Shown: positions 36,647 to 46,881 of the stretch, one piece after another
Layout: every line of letters starts with the position of its first letter
Numbering within the stretch: the stretch's first letter is position 1
Sequence record: NC_048077.1
DNA: 64,000 bases
Reading direction: 5' to 3' (one strand)
Notes under the pieces: model-generated
What the model was told of the DNA's origin: nothing
Seen by the model: the letters and a program-made list of their open reading frames with translations, nothing else
The model's database searches: none
Made by a program: the position numbers and the translations under genes

Positions 36647-38605
36647 TTAACGCCCGAAACGACGGCGCAGAATGTCATCGAAAGATTCTTTAGAAGAACT
36701 TTGCGATTCGACGGTTTCCAAACTTTCTTCACGTTCTTCTTTAGAAACGCTAGGAACTTTCGGAGCTTCTTTCGTCTGACGTACAGTACCAGCGGTGCCA
36801 GCAACTGCTTCGGCGATTTCGTTCTGCGCAACTTCGGATTTAGCCATCAGTGCATCAGCCTGAGACAGAGAAGCACGCAGGAAATCTTCCGAGTTGTTAA
36901 AGAATGCACGCTCAACCAGAGGACGCGGATCTGCAATACCTGCATTACGCAGAGTAGCGCAAAGTGATTCAACAACAGGGTTGCTGGAATCGCGCCAGAA
37001 GTTGCGAGTGATGCCGAGCATCGAAGTGGACAGTGCCGCAACGAAACGCTCACGATGAGCTTCGACCATATCGCTAACAGTAGAGTTTACCGTAGAGGAA
37101 ACACTGTTAACGCGAGCGTCAGCTTCCGCAGTCAGCATTTTGCTAACAGACAGTTGCATAACAAAAGGTTCGAAACCAAAGTTTTTGCAGGTTTCTTCAA
37201 CGCCAGCGTTATGCAGAGATTTACTCACGGCGCGAATGAAATCTTCTTTATCGAAGACACGACGCGCAGAATCTTCGCCAGCGGCATTGCTAAAGCTACT
37301 GAAAGTAGCGCGTGCAATAGGTTGACCGTCATAGAACAGGTGAACCGCAGGAACACGACCGTTAACAGTGCGAGAGATAGAAACCAGCGACGGATCGAGA
37401 TTTTCATGTTCTGCTTTAACAGCAGACAGGCTATCGAAAGAGCGAACTTCCGCAGCGGTTTCGTCGTTGGCATTCAGATTACGAACAGAACTTTCGGATT
37501 CGAAATCTTCGTCTTCTTCATCGTCGAAATCGTCATCCTCATCTTCCTCTTCGTCGTCGTCGAATTCTTCATCATCGAATTCTTCTTCGTCGTCGAAGTC
37601 ATCTTCTTCGTCGTCATCATCGCCGGAGCAGGACGTTTTAGATTTGGATTCAGAGTCGAAATCTTCGTCGTCCTCTTCTTCCTCATCATCGAATTCTTCA
37701 TCATCGAATTCTTCGTCGTCCTCTTCTTCGTCTTCGTCGGAAGAAGATTCAGAATCAAACTCTTCGTCATCTTCCTCTTCTTCGTCTTCGTCGAAGCCTT
37801 CGTCGTCTTCCAGTTCCTCTTCTTCCAGAATATCAGAAGAATCATCGTCACTGCTTTCAGAAGCAATGTCGATCAGCGGTGCGGAACAGTGAGCGCAGAA
37901 AACGGTGTCATCATCGGTTGCGATGGTGAACGGAGCCGCGCAATTTGCAGAGCAAGAATATACGTGAGCTTCCAGTTTACCGTTCGAAGACAGCGCCTGA
38001 ATTTCTTCGCTTTCCAGAACTTTGGATTCGCTAATAGGCAGACAGCTATACGGATCGAAGTGAACGCCATCAGCGCAAGCAACAAAACTTGTTGCGGAGG
38101 ACAGAGCAGTAACTACGTCCTGTTTGCGAATCGCGTTAGCCAGATTCTGTTTTGCGTTTGCCAGCGTAGTACCCACGGCAACAACAGAAGAACGAGAAAC
38201 AGATTCTTTGTTTTCGTTTTCCATGTGGTCGAGAATACGATCATCAGAAACTTCTTCCAGACTTGCAGAGCAAGACGGGCAATGCGTAATATTCGCACTG
38301 CTATCGCTAACGATGTGGCAACCACAACCATCTAAACAGATGTGATATTGTGCTTTCACGTTAGCGGCAGAAGATTCGGATTGGAATTCGGCCTGCGCCA
38401 CCAACTCAGCGTCTTCTTCAAGCAGCTTAGTGCTGCCTTTCGGATCGAAAAGGTCAACGTTGCTTTGCGAAGCATATACGTCGCCGCTTTCAGAACGGTA
38501 GAACATGGAGTTCTGACCAGTTGCAGTTTTGCGGAAGTTTTCGACTGCTTGAGCGTGGCTGCCACCGACACTAACAATCCCCGCCAGACGGGTAGTTTTA
38601 GGCAT
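36647..38605 (-). CDS. Prohead scaffold/core protein with zinc ribbons and long acidic tract
   Basis: CxxC motifs (CPSC, CAHC), about 130-aa D/E tract, coiled-coil C-terminus; between protease and MCP. Confidence 0.7.
   Translation of the reverse strand: MPKTTRLAGIVSVGGSHAQAVENFRKTATGQNSMFYRSESGDVYASQSNVDLFDPKGSTKLLEEDAELVAQAEFQSESSAANVKAQYHICLDGCGCHIVSDSSANITHCPSCSASLEEVSDDRILDHMENENKESVSRSSVVAVGTTLANAKQNLANAIRKQDVVTALSSATSFVACADGVHFDPYSCLPISESKVLESEEIQALSSNGKLEAHVYSCSANCAAPFTIATDDDTVFCAHCSAPLIDIASESSDDDSSDILEEEELEDDEGFDEDEEEEDDEEFDSESSSDEDEEEDDEEFDDEEFDDEEEEDDEDFDSESKSKTSCSGDDDDEEDDFDDEEEFDDEEFDDDEEEDEDDDFDDEEDEDFESESSVRNLNANDETAAEVRSFDSLSAVKAEHENLDPSLVSISRTVNGRVPAVHLFYDGQPIARATFSSFSNAAGEDSARRVFDKEDFIRAVSKSLHNAGVEETCKNFGFEPFVMQLSVSKMLTAEADARVNSVSSTVNSTVSDMVEAHRERFVAALSTSMLGITRNFWRDSSNPVVESLCATLRNAGIADPRPLVERAFFNNSEDFLRASLSQADALMAKSEVAQNEIAEAVAGTAGTVRQTKEAPKVPSVSKEEREESLETVESQSSSKESFDDILRRRFGR
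37500..37860. repeat. Low-complexity acidic-codon repeat (TCATCATCGAATTCTTC-like units)
   Basis: Imperfect tandem units encoding EEFDD/DEEDDEE. Confidence 0.75.
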
Positions 38606-38644
38606 GGTGAAACCCTCTATAAATAAGTCGGTTATCGACACATT

Positions 38645-38654
38645 AAAATTAATG
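38645..38654 (-). promoter_or_regulatory. Candidate late-promoter motif CATTAATTTT
   Basis: About 40 nt upstream of the scaffold start. Confidence 0.35.
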
Positions 38655-38688
38655 AATGCAGGAAATTTTCGAAAGTTTTTGAAACTTT

Positions 38689-39792
38689 TTAAAGCGTCCG
38701 GCTTTCAATATCTTCATCCGGAATATAGCGGTTTACGAAGTATTTTTCGACTACCTCAATTCCGTTTAGTGCATAAACTTTTCGCAAACTATCTCCCCAA
38801 ACCATCAGTTCGGCAAGCGTAGCGAAATGTTCCATTGCCATCGTGTTTTTCCCGGCGGCAACGTTTCGTATTGGATGAATGTCTTTGCCTGCGATTGCCG
38901 CTTTGAATTTCATTCTATCCACATTTCGAAGTAAGGTTGTATCAATGAAATGCGCCAGTTCATGAGTAATAACATGAGCAACGCTTTTACTATTGAAACC
39001 GCCCAACAACTTAACGATTTGTTTCGGGTCGAGGATGATTACACCGTACTGAACGCCCTGATAACGAGTGTTCAAAATAAAGCATCCATCATCACTTAAA
39101 CCGAGTCCGATAAACAAACGTTTAAACGGCAACGGAACTTTTAATCCGATTGCTGGCATAACGTTGTCCTGAATATCTTGCATTACATAATCAGGGCAAG
39201 AGCGAGCGGATATACTGGAGCGCAAACCTGTTTTCAAATAATCCTCGTAGCTTTGAACTTCGAGTTTTACTTTGCCGCATTTCTCCAGTTTCTTCACTTC
39301 GTAGTTATTAATGCTGCCGCCACCGTAAACAGTGTTCGCGTATTTCAGCGGCTTTAACTGTTTATAGTTAACGTGGCCTTTTTCCTGAACCTCCTGCGCA
39401 CGTCGCGTATTTGCAACTTCTTCCGTTTCGTTAGAAACAGGTGCTGGAGCAGGAACAGCACTTTTATTCACCTGCGAAGGATAAGCTGTAGGTGCCGGAA
39501 TCGGCGCAGCAATTTCAGGCTTCGGAGTCTCCGAAACGTTCGCTTCTGGTATATCGAAATTAAAATTTTCAGGAAAAAGTTTCGAAGGATTTGCAGTAAA
39601 TTCACGAGAATCTTCGCGTACCTTATTTCCTATTTCAATGGATACCGGAACCACTTGTGATTGTTTTGGACTGGCAATATAAGCAACGCCATCACCAAAC
39701 GCAATGCCAACAACATCACGCGTAGTTATTTCCACTCCATTGGATCTCAGCGGTTCCCCGCCTAAATAACGATAGAAAGTAAAATCTCTCAT
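38689..39792 (-). CDS. Zinc metallopeptidase-like protein (HExxH)
   Basis: HVITHELAHFID plus downstream MEHFA third-ligand motif; Pro/Ala linker; N-terminal paralogous domain. Confidence 0.7.
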   Translation of the reverse strand: MRDFTFYRYLGGEPLRSNGVEITTRDVVGIAFGDGVAYIASPKQSQVVPVSIEIGNKVREDSREFTANPSKLFPENFNFDIPEANVSETPKPEIAAPIPAPTAYPSQVNKSAVPAPAPVSNETEEVANTRRAQEVQEKGHVNYKQLKPLKYANTVYGGGSINNYEVKKLEKCGKVKLEVQSYEDYLKTGLRSSISARSCPDYVMQDIQDNVMPAIGLKVPLPFKRLFIGLGLSDDGCFILNTRYQGVQYGVIILDPKQIVKLLGGFNSKSVAHVITHELAHFIDTTLLRNVDRMKFKAAIAGKDIHPIRNVAAGKNTMAMEHFATLAELMVWGDSLRKVYALNGIEVVEKYFVNRYIPDEDIESRTL

Positions 39793-40610
39793 CGGCGTTT
39801 AATCTGCATCAGTTGGTTGACTTCGGTTGCAGCACATGCGAATGCAGGATCATCAACAGAACTACATTCAAAACCAGTGAGCAACAAACAGTTACGATAT
39901 GCGAGACGGCCTGAACGCACATCAAGTTTCGTAGGCACATTGAATGCAGTATGTTCGCAGAAGTTACGAGTTTTAGGCGTAACCAAACGACCGCAAATAC
40001 TACACTCATACGCTTTGTAAGTTGTGCCTTTCGAATAGGTGTTCAGTTCACCCGAAAGAATACGGCGGCAACGTTCCGGTTCAAGCGTGCGGTCAAATGC
40101 CAGCAGCAAACTCAGAACAGCGTGATTACCACGGAAACCAACCAGCGGAGATAAATGACTATCAAAAATAATTCCGCGTGCTTTGGTGTAGTCTTTGTTC
40201 GCGTGTTCAATAAAAGTTGGTTTTCCTTTAAAAGTTTGGAACGCCAGCTTTCCTTGATCCGGGTTAAAGCGCAACCATTCTTCTTTCGAGAATCCATCGC
40301 CGTTGGTGTTCGGCAATTCAGTTACGTTAACCGGAACCGGAACAATGATATAATCGCGAATATCTTTCGACGTGTTATAAACTTCCGCAGCTTTCGGCAA
40401 CCACACATTGATATCCAGCATCAAATCACTGGATGCGCCAATGCGATTACCTGCAATGCGAATAGATTTATTATCGCGAGAGGCTTCTTCTTTATGAAGA
40501 TCGATTGGTGCCATTCCGGTGTGTTGCGTAGAACTCAGGTCGAAAGATTTACTTTCAACAGAATTGCTAATTGCCGCAACCGTTCCTTCATTTTTAAGTC
40601 GGATTGTCAT
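39789..40610 (-). CDS. Prohead maturation protease
   Basis: PNTNGDGF, FKGKPTFIEH, GIIFDS, G.ECSSVDDPA; upstream of scaffold/MCP. Confidence 0.8.
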   Translation of the reverse strand: MTIRLKNEGTVAAISNSVESKSFDLSSTQHTGMAPIDLHKEEASRDNKSIRIAGNRIGASSDLMLDINVWLPKAAEVYNTSKDIRDYIIVPVPVNVTELPNTNGDGFSKEEWLRFNPDQGKLAFQTFKGKPTFIEHANKDYTKARGIIFDSHLSPLVGFRGNHAVLSLLLAFDRTLEPERCRRILSGELNTYSKGTTYKAYECSICGRLVTPKTRNFCEHTAFNVPTKLDVRSGRLAYRNCLLLTGFECSSVDDPAFACAATEVNQLMQIKRR

Positions 40611-40616
40611 ATTGTT

Positions 40617-41039
40617 TTACCTGTAGTTCTTTTTGTTTTCGTCAGAATCAACGAGATAAACGCGTCCTTCCGGAGCAAGATATTTGTCGCCGTCGCAGTC
40701 TTCGAGAGCATAGAACAAACGACCGCCCTTCATAATCGCGTAAATGATTTTGGCATACAAAAAGTTTTCCGGATACTTATCGCCAAACCTGCGATACTCA
40801 ACTTCCAATCCGGGATACATTACATCAAAACTTTTCGTGCTATATACAGGACGAACAACACGGCTCGAATCAATATATTCGGTGCCGTTGCAGTGTTCGA
40901 TCATGTAACCTGCTTTATCCTTTCCAATAAGGATTCCTTTCACAACACCGCGAGAAGTGCCGCCGCAATTCCCTTGATCATTTTGCCATTTAAATTCGAC
41001 AATATCTTCGATGTTATAATCAAAACTAAATTGAGGCAT
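40617..41039 (-). CDS. Hypothetical protein (two SH3/KOW-like repeats)
   Basis: Two similar halves, each with a [IV]EDIV/GLEVEY start and an aromatic-acidic Y.IE/Y.LE..G..Y motif. Confidence 0.65.
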   Translation of the reverse strand: MPQFSFDYNIEDIVEFKWQNDQGNCGGTSRGVVKGILIGKDKAGYMIEHCNGTEYIDSSRVVRPVYSTKSFDVMYPGLEVEYRRFGDKYPENFLYAKIIYAIMKGGRLFYALEDCDGDKYLAPEGRVYLVDSDENKKNYR

Positions 41040-41043
41040 ACAA

Positions 41044-41991
41044 TTACCTTAACGCAGAACGCGCCCAAGTTTTTGCAAGTTCAAGAGAAAGGCGTTGCGG
41101 ATTATGGAGTTTAACTTCTCCGCTATGCACTGCCGTATACGGTTCGTTTTGATTTTCACCTTTACCGCTACGGAATGCAGCTTCATTGAATCCGTGGAAC
41201 AGCGTTGTAATCCAGCCGCTGCCTTTTGGATTCTGTTCGCCAAGTTTTTTATCCCAACGAATAACACCGCACGTTTCGCCACCAACACAAACCAGATAGC
41301 AAACTTTCTCGCCACCTGTATAAATGTCTTTTTGTTTATGCGTGCGGAAAGTTACACGGCTAGATTCAGAAACAACGTCGTCTTGTTTCTTGCGCAGATT
41401 GCCGGAAGTTTTCTGTTTCAGATCGTCGATATCCAACGTACTCCAATAGCTTTCAAACAGCGCCACCAGTTTGTTAGCGATAGGAATATCATCGAGCATG
41501 TTAATCTGCGCAATGGTGCTGGAAGGATCATCAATGATTCGATTCACAAAAAAGGAACCAACAACCACCGGAAGCACACTGCGTTGTGCTGGATTAGTTA
41601 CGCCAGCAGCATTGAGATAGTTATTGCTCAGGCCAATCGCGAGACGTGCCAAAACAATAAAAGTTTCTTTCTCAGTTGCGTTAGCGATAGTCGCCATCAA
41701 ACGAGCAGCAACAGCAGGATCGGCGGTACGTTGTGCCAAGCCTTCGATTTCGACTTTGGACAAAGACTTTCCGAGTTTCTTTTGTGCAGCAAGTTCGAAT
41801 GCGTTTTCGAGTTTAATTGAGTTTGCACGGTTCAAACTATTTTCGATTTTCTGTACAGTTTCTTCGGACGAAGAAAGAGAAATGCCCGTATTCCTACGGG
41901 CAACGTTATGGCGTCGTCTTACTTGCGGCATGATAACCTCATTGAGATTTCTGCAACTTTTCCAGTAATCCAGACGATTTGAGAGACTCAT
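41044..41991 (-). CDS. Hypothetical head-associated protein (SLSS and SESS motifs at domain boundaries)
   Basis: 315-aa ORF in the head module. Confidence 0.7.
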   Translation of the reverse strand: MSLSNRLDYWKSCRNLNEVIMPQVRRRHNVARRNTGISLSSSEETVQKIENSLNRANSIKLENAFELAAQKKLGKSLSKVEIEGLAQRTADPAVAARLMATIANATEKETFIVLARLAIGLSNNYLNAAGVTNPAQRSVLPVVVGSFFVNRIIDDPSSTIAQINMLDDIPIANKLVALFESYWSTLDIDDLKQKTSGNLRKKQDDVVSESSRVTFRTHKQKDIYTGGEKVCYLVCVGGETCGVIRWDKKLGEQNPKGSGWITTLFHGFNEAAFRSGKGENQNEPYTAVHSGEVKLHNPQRLSLELAKTWARSALR

Positions 41992-43039
41992 TCACATCAA
42001 GACCACGTACAGAACATAGTTGCGCATAATAATGAATCGCCTTATCCACCATGCCGAGAGATTCGCAGCACTGATAAGCTATATTCAAACACAGGTCTAA
42101 ATTACTTTGTGATGAGTCAAAAAGAAGAGGAGTTTGATTTTTTGCATTGATTCCTTGAAGCGCCAATGCGAGCGCATAAACATAGTCGCCATAGCGGAAC
42201 ATGATATCCGCAAACGTTCCATAGCTTTCAGAACGATCTGGACGAGCAGCAATTGCCATATTGCCTGCGCTGATTGCAGTGTGTCGATCACCAACCATGT
42301 AAGCGGCACAACTCAGTTCAACGTTAATCAGGCAAATGTAATCTTCCCAATATGCAAGTTTGTTAAGTCGGGCGATTTCAGAAACGGCTTCTTGATATGC
42401 CTGCTTATCAATATTTTTTGCAGTACATGAGTCCAAAACGCGATAGCAAAGTTCACGCGCATAATAAAACAAACTGCGCTCATCGCGAGGATTATCGGTA
42501 ACGTCTGCCGCCAGTTCGGGCAAATAGTTACGTGGCTTTTCCAAATCAGGATAATGCGTTGTGTGAAAGTCTGCATCCACAACCGATTCCGGAAGGTTGT
42601 CGATTTTTACTAAAACTTCATGCGCACGATATTTCCACGCATAACGTTTTTTCAAATAGGCTTTGTGTTGGAAATAAACACTGCCATTATTGTGCATATT
42701 GATGCGCACAGTATCCGGAACCGCAGGAAGAGACTTTAACGATTCAACCCAATCAGGATCGGAGAAACGTTCGTCGATATCCAACCACACAATTAAATCA
42801 TCGGGCTTAAAAGGCGCTGCCGCAAGGTTACGACTTTCGCCGAGATTTCTGCCGCCGTTCGGATCAATGTCATACGCGAAATGCAATTCCGGATGGTTGA
42901 ACCGTTCGATAAATCTAACTGTATTGTCGGTGCTGCCAGTGTCAACGATAGAAATTGCATCGGCTTTCGCAACATGGTTTAAAAATTCTTCCATGTTCTT
43001 TTCTTCGTTGCGACAGATCGCAGCTACGCACACACGCAT
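41939..43039 (-). CDS. Family-2 glycosyltransferase with C-terminal TPR repeats
   Basis: VAAICRNEE, IVDTGSTD, WLDIDE (DxD), YRAHE, LFYYAREL; TPR-like helices. Confidence 0.9.
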   Translation of the reverse strand: MRVCVAAICRNEEKNMEEFLNHVAKADAISIVDTGSTDNTVRFIERFNHPELHFAYDIDPNGGRNLGESRNLAAAPFKPDDLIVWLDIDERFSDPDWVESLKSLPAVPDTVRINMHNNGSVYFQHKAYLKKRYAWKYRAHEVLVKIDNLPESVVDADFHTTHYPDLEKPRNYLPELAADVTDNPRDERSLFYYARELCYRVLDSCTAKNIDKQAYQEAVSEIARLNKLAYWEDYICLINVELSCAAYMVGDRHTAISAGNMAIAARPDRSESYGTFADIMFRYGDYVYALALALQGINAKNQTPLLFDSSQSNLDLCLNIAYQCCESLGMVDKAIHYYAQLCSVRGLDVNESLKSSGLLEKLQKSQ

Positions 43040-43049
43040 AAGTGTTTCC

Positions 43050-43967
43050 TTAGATTTGAATGTTACCAGAGTCCGTCCAGCGAATGCCATAACGTTCTAC
43101 AACCGTGAATTCGATTTCAGTAAACTTATTGAGATCGAGTTGACGGAAAGTTTTCGTAGGATCAGCAGGAAGCGGAGTTTGTTTTGTTTCAGTATACAGG
43201 TTGAGTTTAATCACAACATCGCCAGCAAGATGTTGTGGCTTGAATGTCTGCGCAGTGTCTTCCAACAAACCGCTCGCGAGAATATCGTCAAAGAAAGTAT
43301 TGACGGTCATCGACAAGCCGCTATTTAGAATAGTTGGCGCGAATGCTAAAACTTGATCATAGAACGAACGGTTCCACGATGTATTACCAATTAGTGTTCG
43401 CTGTTTTTTGATTCGGGTAACTTTGCCGTCTTTCACTTCTCGATACTGATCGTAATACCACGCAGCATACACCATATGAACATGCGGTAAATTCATTGTA
43501 TCGAAATCAAACGCAGGGGCAACAACCATGCGGTGTTGAGTGCGATCAATATTGCGACGGAAAACATTCAACGAATATTCGTAACCGCGACGGCAATTGA
43601 TTGTCAGATTGCTGACAACTGATTGCTGATAGCCATTAGTAACGGCATACGCAAAACAATCTTGCCCAACGAAACCAGCGAGCGGCGTATAGATAAAACT
43701 CTCGCCATCAACGGAAAGTTTTACGGAGCCGTGTATAGGTTGACTGATAGGAATTAAAGTTAATCGCCATCCACGCTGAACAGGAACTTTATCGAGAACC
43801 CCCTCGCTAGGGGATTCCGATGTTTTAAAATCGCGTGCGCCCTGAATCATAATAGAGCGCAGCGGAATTTCAAAGTCTACGTTGTTCGGCGTTTCAAGCG
43901 TGAGAGCAGGTGCTACAGGAACATCATTACGCCAGTAGTCTACAACACACGGTTTTGAAATCATCAC
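43050..43967 (-). CDS. Virion protein with cadherin/Ig-like domain
   Basis: QPIHGSV...GESFIYTP..GFVGQD.F.Y.V.NG Ig-like (Big_9/cadherin) signature. Confidence 0.75.
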   Translation of the reverse strand: MMISKPCVVDYWRNDVPVAPALTLETPNNVDFEIPLRSIMIQGARDFKTSESPSEGVLDKVPVQRGWRLTLIPISQPIHGSVKLSVDGESFIYTPLAGFVGQDCFAYAVTNGYQQSVVSNLTINCRRGYEYSLNVFRRNIDRTQHRMVVAPAFDFDTMNLPHVHMVYAAWYYDQYREVKDGKVTRIKKQRTLIGNTSWNRSFYDQVLAFAPTILNSGLSMTVNTFFDDILASGLLEDTAQTFKPQHLAGDVVIKLNLYTETKQTPLPADPTKTFRQLDLNKFTEIEFTVVERYGIRWTDSGNIQI

Positions 43968-45934
43968 GTCACCTTGTATTTCTTTTTAAACTGATCGATG
44001 GTGTAAATCGGAATGCCCTTGTCCATCGCTTTCTGAACTTTGCTACTACCGCTTCCCGGATCTTTCGCAATCAGAACAGTAGTGTCTGCCTTCATACTAT
44101 CCGATGCGGTGCCGCCCAATTCAACGATACGCGCTTTCAAGTCTGCATCACGCACGCCAGTAAATGCTACGTTAACGCCATTCAGTTTACTGCTTTTCAC
44201 CACAACTTTCTTCGGAGCCTTCAACTTGATGCCAATTTCTTGCGCCAAATCGTAAGCATTAATACAAGCATTAGAAATCTTAGGTGCGAGAGATTTAATG
44301 CCATGAATGCCGCTAATGAGTTCGGTCAAATCAGAACGACGTTTAAGCAGTTTCTGGATATCAGGAATTTCATCAACAACTTTATCGAATGAAGTGTTTG
44401 CACCACGCATGAAATACGGAGCACACGCTTTAAGCCACACGTTCAATTCGATTCCTGAAAGAATTGTTTTGTTGTGCTTCGCGATCTGTTTGCCGCGAGC
44501 GTCACCCAAAATCCCACGTAACGTAGGCAGACCGCAAAGAATGAGTGACTTAGGATCTTTGATTCCGCTTTCCATCAGCAGATTCGCAGTCTTGTCGCCA
44601 GCGTTAGAATATCCCGCAGCAGCCATGAAACTCTCAAGAAGTTTTGCATCAGCAGTAGCAGATTTTTTCTTAACGCGAAACTCAACGCCTTCCATTGTAT
44701 ACGGAACATCAGGAAGTTTCGCTTTCTTCGCAGGCCGCACGATTTCTTGAATGTACGGAATAACTTTGTTACTACGCACAAGTTTTACTTTCGCGCCGAT
44801 GCCCAACGGACGTTTTTCATGAGGCGGTTTCTGTCCTTTCTTCGTTGGTTTCAGATAGCCATGCTCAATATAATATCCGTTGTGACCATTAGCGCGATTG
44901 ATCGTAATGCCGCCGGGAACAACTACAGGTTCCACAATAACAACCGGAGCAAGCACGCCGTATTTTGTTTCCTGATAAACGATATCTTTCACCGTAGTAA
45001 TAACGCTATCCGCACTCGTATTCATTTTGAATTTGAATTCGTGTTTAGGATTGCTGCCAGTAGACTTAGGAGAAGGAATGTTATCGGACACCACAAGGCC
45101 ATCCAATTCATATTTGGATTTGCGCATACGGTCTTCGATCATCGTTACCAATTGTTCTTCGGTAAGATCATCAAATGGCCCAAAGTGGCGAACCACAGTG
45201 AAGCCGTATTGTTTCAGCAGTTTGAATTGATCGCTTTTCTTTTTAGTTGCAGCGCTGCCGCCGATTATACCGAAACAAACGAGATCGATATGTTTGATTT
45301 CTTTCGGCGATTCAAAGCGTCGCATAAGCCCAACAGAAGCCGGACGAGCAGAAGTATACTCATAATCGCCCGGAGCATCTTTGTGAAGCGTTGCCATAAA
45401 TTTCTTCTGACTGATTAGCGCCTCGCAACGAACAATAAAACGTTCTTTCGTTGGAATCTTTTTCGGGATGTTGAACGAAGCCAAATGACGCGTAACGTCT
45501 TTGCCTTTCATACTATCGCCGCGAGTGTACGCAGCAACAGGAACACCCTTTTCATAAATCAACTCAATGCTCTGACCATCCAACTTATCGCTAACGATTT
45601 TACTGTTACCGTTGCTCAGATGTTTTGCGAGAGCAGGAGAAGAAAGTTTCAGTTGATTCAGACTCGCCATAGGAACCGGAAGCGGAACATCGCTGTCATC
45701 ATGCGAGCCGATCTTTTTAGCCAGCGTAGATTTAGGCCAGCGTTCAGAAATATAATCGCGAATCGTGTCGTAAATGGTATCGTCAACAAGCGGCTGCCCC
45801 TCATCATATGCGTCGTCGAAAGCATTGATGAGTTTTTTCGCCTGCGTCAGATTAAGAGTTTCCATTACTTTGATGGGATTCTTTTCTAATCGTTTTAGGC
45901 TTATACTGGCTGAAATACTTTTGAAATCAGTCAT
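43964..45934 (-). CDS. ligA: NAD-dependent DNA ligase (no C4 zinc finger, with BRCT)
   Basis: YDEGQPLVDD.IYD (domain Ia), KLDG, TRGD, ELDGLVV, OB-fold, C-terminal BRCT (VAFTG...LGG...SSKVQKA..KGIPI). Confidence 0.95.
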   Translation of the reverse strand: MTDFKSISASISLKRLEKNPIKVMETLNLTQAKKLINAFDDAYDEGQPLVDDTIYDTIRDYISERWPKSTLAKKIGSHDDSDVPLPVPMASLNQLKLSSPALAKHLSNGNSKIVSDKLDGQSIELIYEKGVPVAAYTRGDSMKGKDVTRHLASFNIPKKIPTKERFIVRCEALISQKKFMATLHKDAPGDYEYTSARPASVGLMRRFESPKEIKHIDLVCFGIIGGSAATKKKSDQFKLLKQYGFTVVRHFGPFDDLTEEQLVTMIEDRMRKSKYELDGLVVSDNIPSPKSTGSNPKHEFKFKMNTSADSVITTVKDIVYQETKYGVLAPVVIVEPVVVPGGITINRANGHNGYYIEHGYLKPTKKGQKPPHEKRPLGIGAKVKLVRSNKVIPYIQEIVRPAKKAKLPDVPYTMEGVEFRVKKKSATADAKLLESFMAAAGYSNAGDKTANLLMESGIKDPKSLILCGLPTLRGILGDARGKQIAKHNKTILSGIELNVWLKACAPYFMRGANTSFDKVVDEIPDIQKLLKRRSDLTELISGIHGIKSLAPKISNACINAYDLAQEIGIKLKAPKKVVVKSSKLNGVNVAFTGVRDADLKARIVELGGTASDSMKADTTVLIAKDPGSGSSKVQKAMDKGIPIYTIDQFKKKYKVT

Positions 45935-45957
45935 GGAAATTCCCTCTGCAAATATCC

Positions 45958-46881
45958 TTAAACATTTACAGTTTCAGCGATGCGATTCGCAATAAAATCA
46001 GGAACCGCATTCATCGTAAGACCATTGCGTTTTGCCAACATGATAAAGGCTTCCGCATATTTCAATTGCTGACTCCCAACACCACCAAATTGACGAGCGT
46101 TGAGCAGGCGGCGCGACAATTCTGACACGACTGTTTGACGTGTACGGAAACCGGAGTTAATGCTTCGCAGCATTTGAAAATACTTGTGAACATCGGATTT
46201 GATAGAGAAAGTTTTGATGCCACTGAAATCTTTTCGAATAGCAGCATGGAGCAGAACTAAGAAAGGATATAAATCTTCTTTCTGTCTGGCTTCCTTTTCT
46301 TTTTCAATGTCCTTGATAAAATCAGGACGGTTATCAGGTTCCGGAGTTTCCTTGCCATTCAATGTGGAAGTGATTTCGTTAAAAAGCGAAATGCGTTTGG
46401 TCGGACGGCGTGACAGCATATCTTTCTTGCTGCCGTAAAAGTAAACCGGAATATTTCTTTTGCGAGCCTGCAAAGCAATGCCGCGAAAATACATCCCATT
46501 ACTTTTAATTCGCGCTTCTTCTTTCGTTCCAACGTTGCAGTGAATCTCTTTAACGATACTGATATCAATGTCCGGCTTGTCGCTGATAATGCGTTCTTCG
46601 GATTCAGAGTAATCAGCACCGTTCTGCCAGAAATCGACAGGCACAACTTTAAAGCGTGACCGGATTTTATTTGCATCCAAAACAAACAAAACTTCCGATC
46701 CGCCATTAGTTCTTATCGCGAAAATATTACTTAGCGTGCGGGTAGTGGAAAGGAAGAAGAGTCTGTTTTGAGAGAACTCTTCTTCCGCATCGCTTCCGGA
46801 GGCAATGCTCAAATGAAATTTTCCACTTCCCACAATACTCAGCGCGTTTTTCGGCGAAGTAAAGTGGAAGAGTGTATTCAT
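45958..46881 (-). CDS. ADP-ribosyltransferase-fold-like protein, paralog 2
   Basis: LFHFT..KNALSI..G, FLSTTR, ESEER motifs; paralog of the adjacent gene. Confidence 0.55.
   Translation of the reverse strand: MNTLFHFTSPKNALSIVGSGKFHLSIASGSDAEEEFSQNRLFFLSTTRTLSNIFAIRTNGGSEVLFVLDANKIRSRFKVVPVDFWQNGADYSESEERIISDKPDIDISIVKEIHCNVGTKEEARIKSNGMYFRGIALQARKRNIPVYFYGSKKDMLSRRPTKRISLFNEITSTLNGKETPEPDNRPDFIKDIEKEKEARQKEDLYPFLVLLHAAIRKDFSGIKTFSIKSDVHKYFQMLRSINSGFRTRQTVVSELSRRLLNARQFGGVGSQQLKYAEAFIMLAKRNGLTMNAVPDFIANRIAETVNV

Noticed and set aside
34672-38335. Long plus-strand ORFs (421, 369, 426, 174 aa)
   Set aside because: Antisense shadows of MCP, decoration and scaffold genes; poly-Ser/Phe-Val composition simply mirrors acidic codons.
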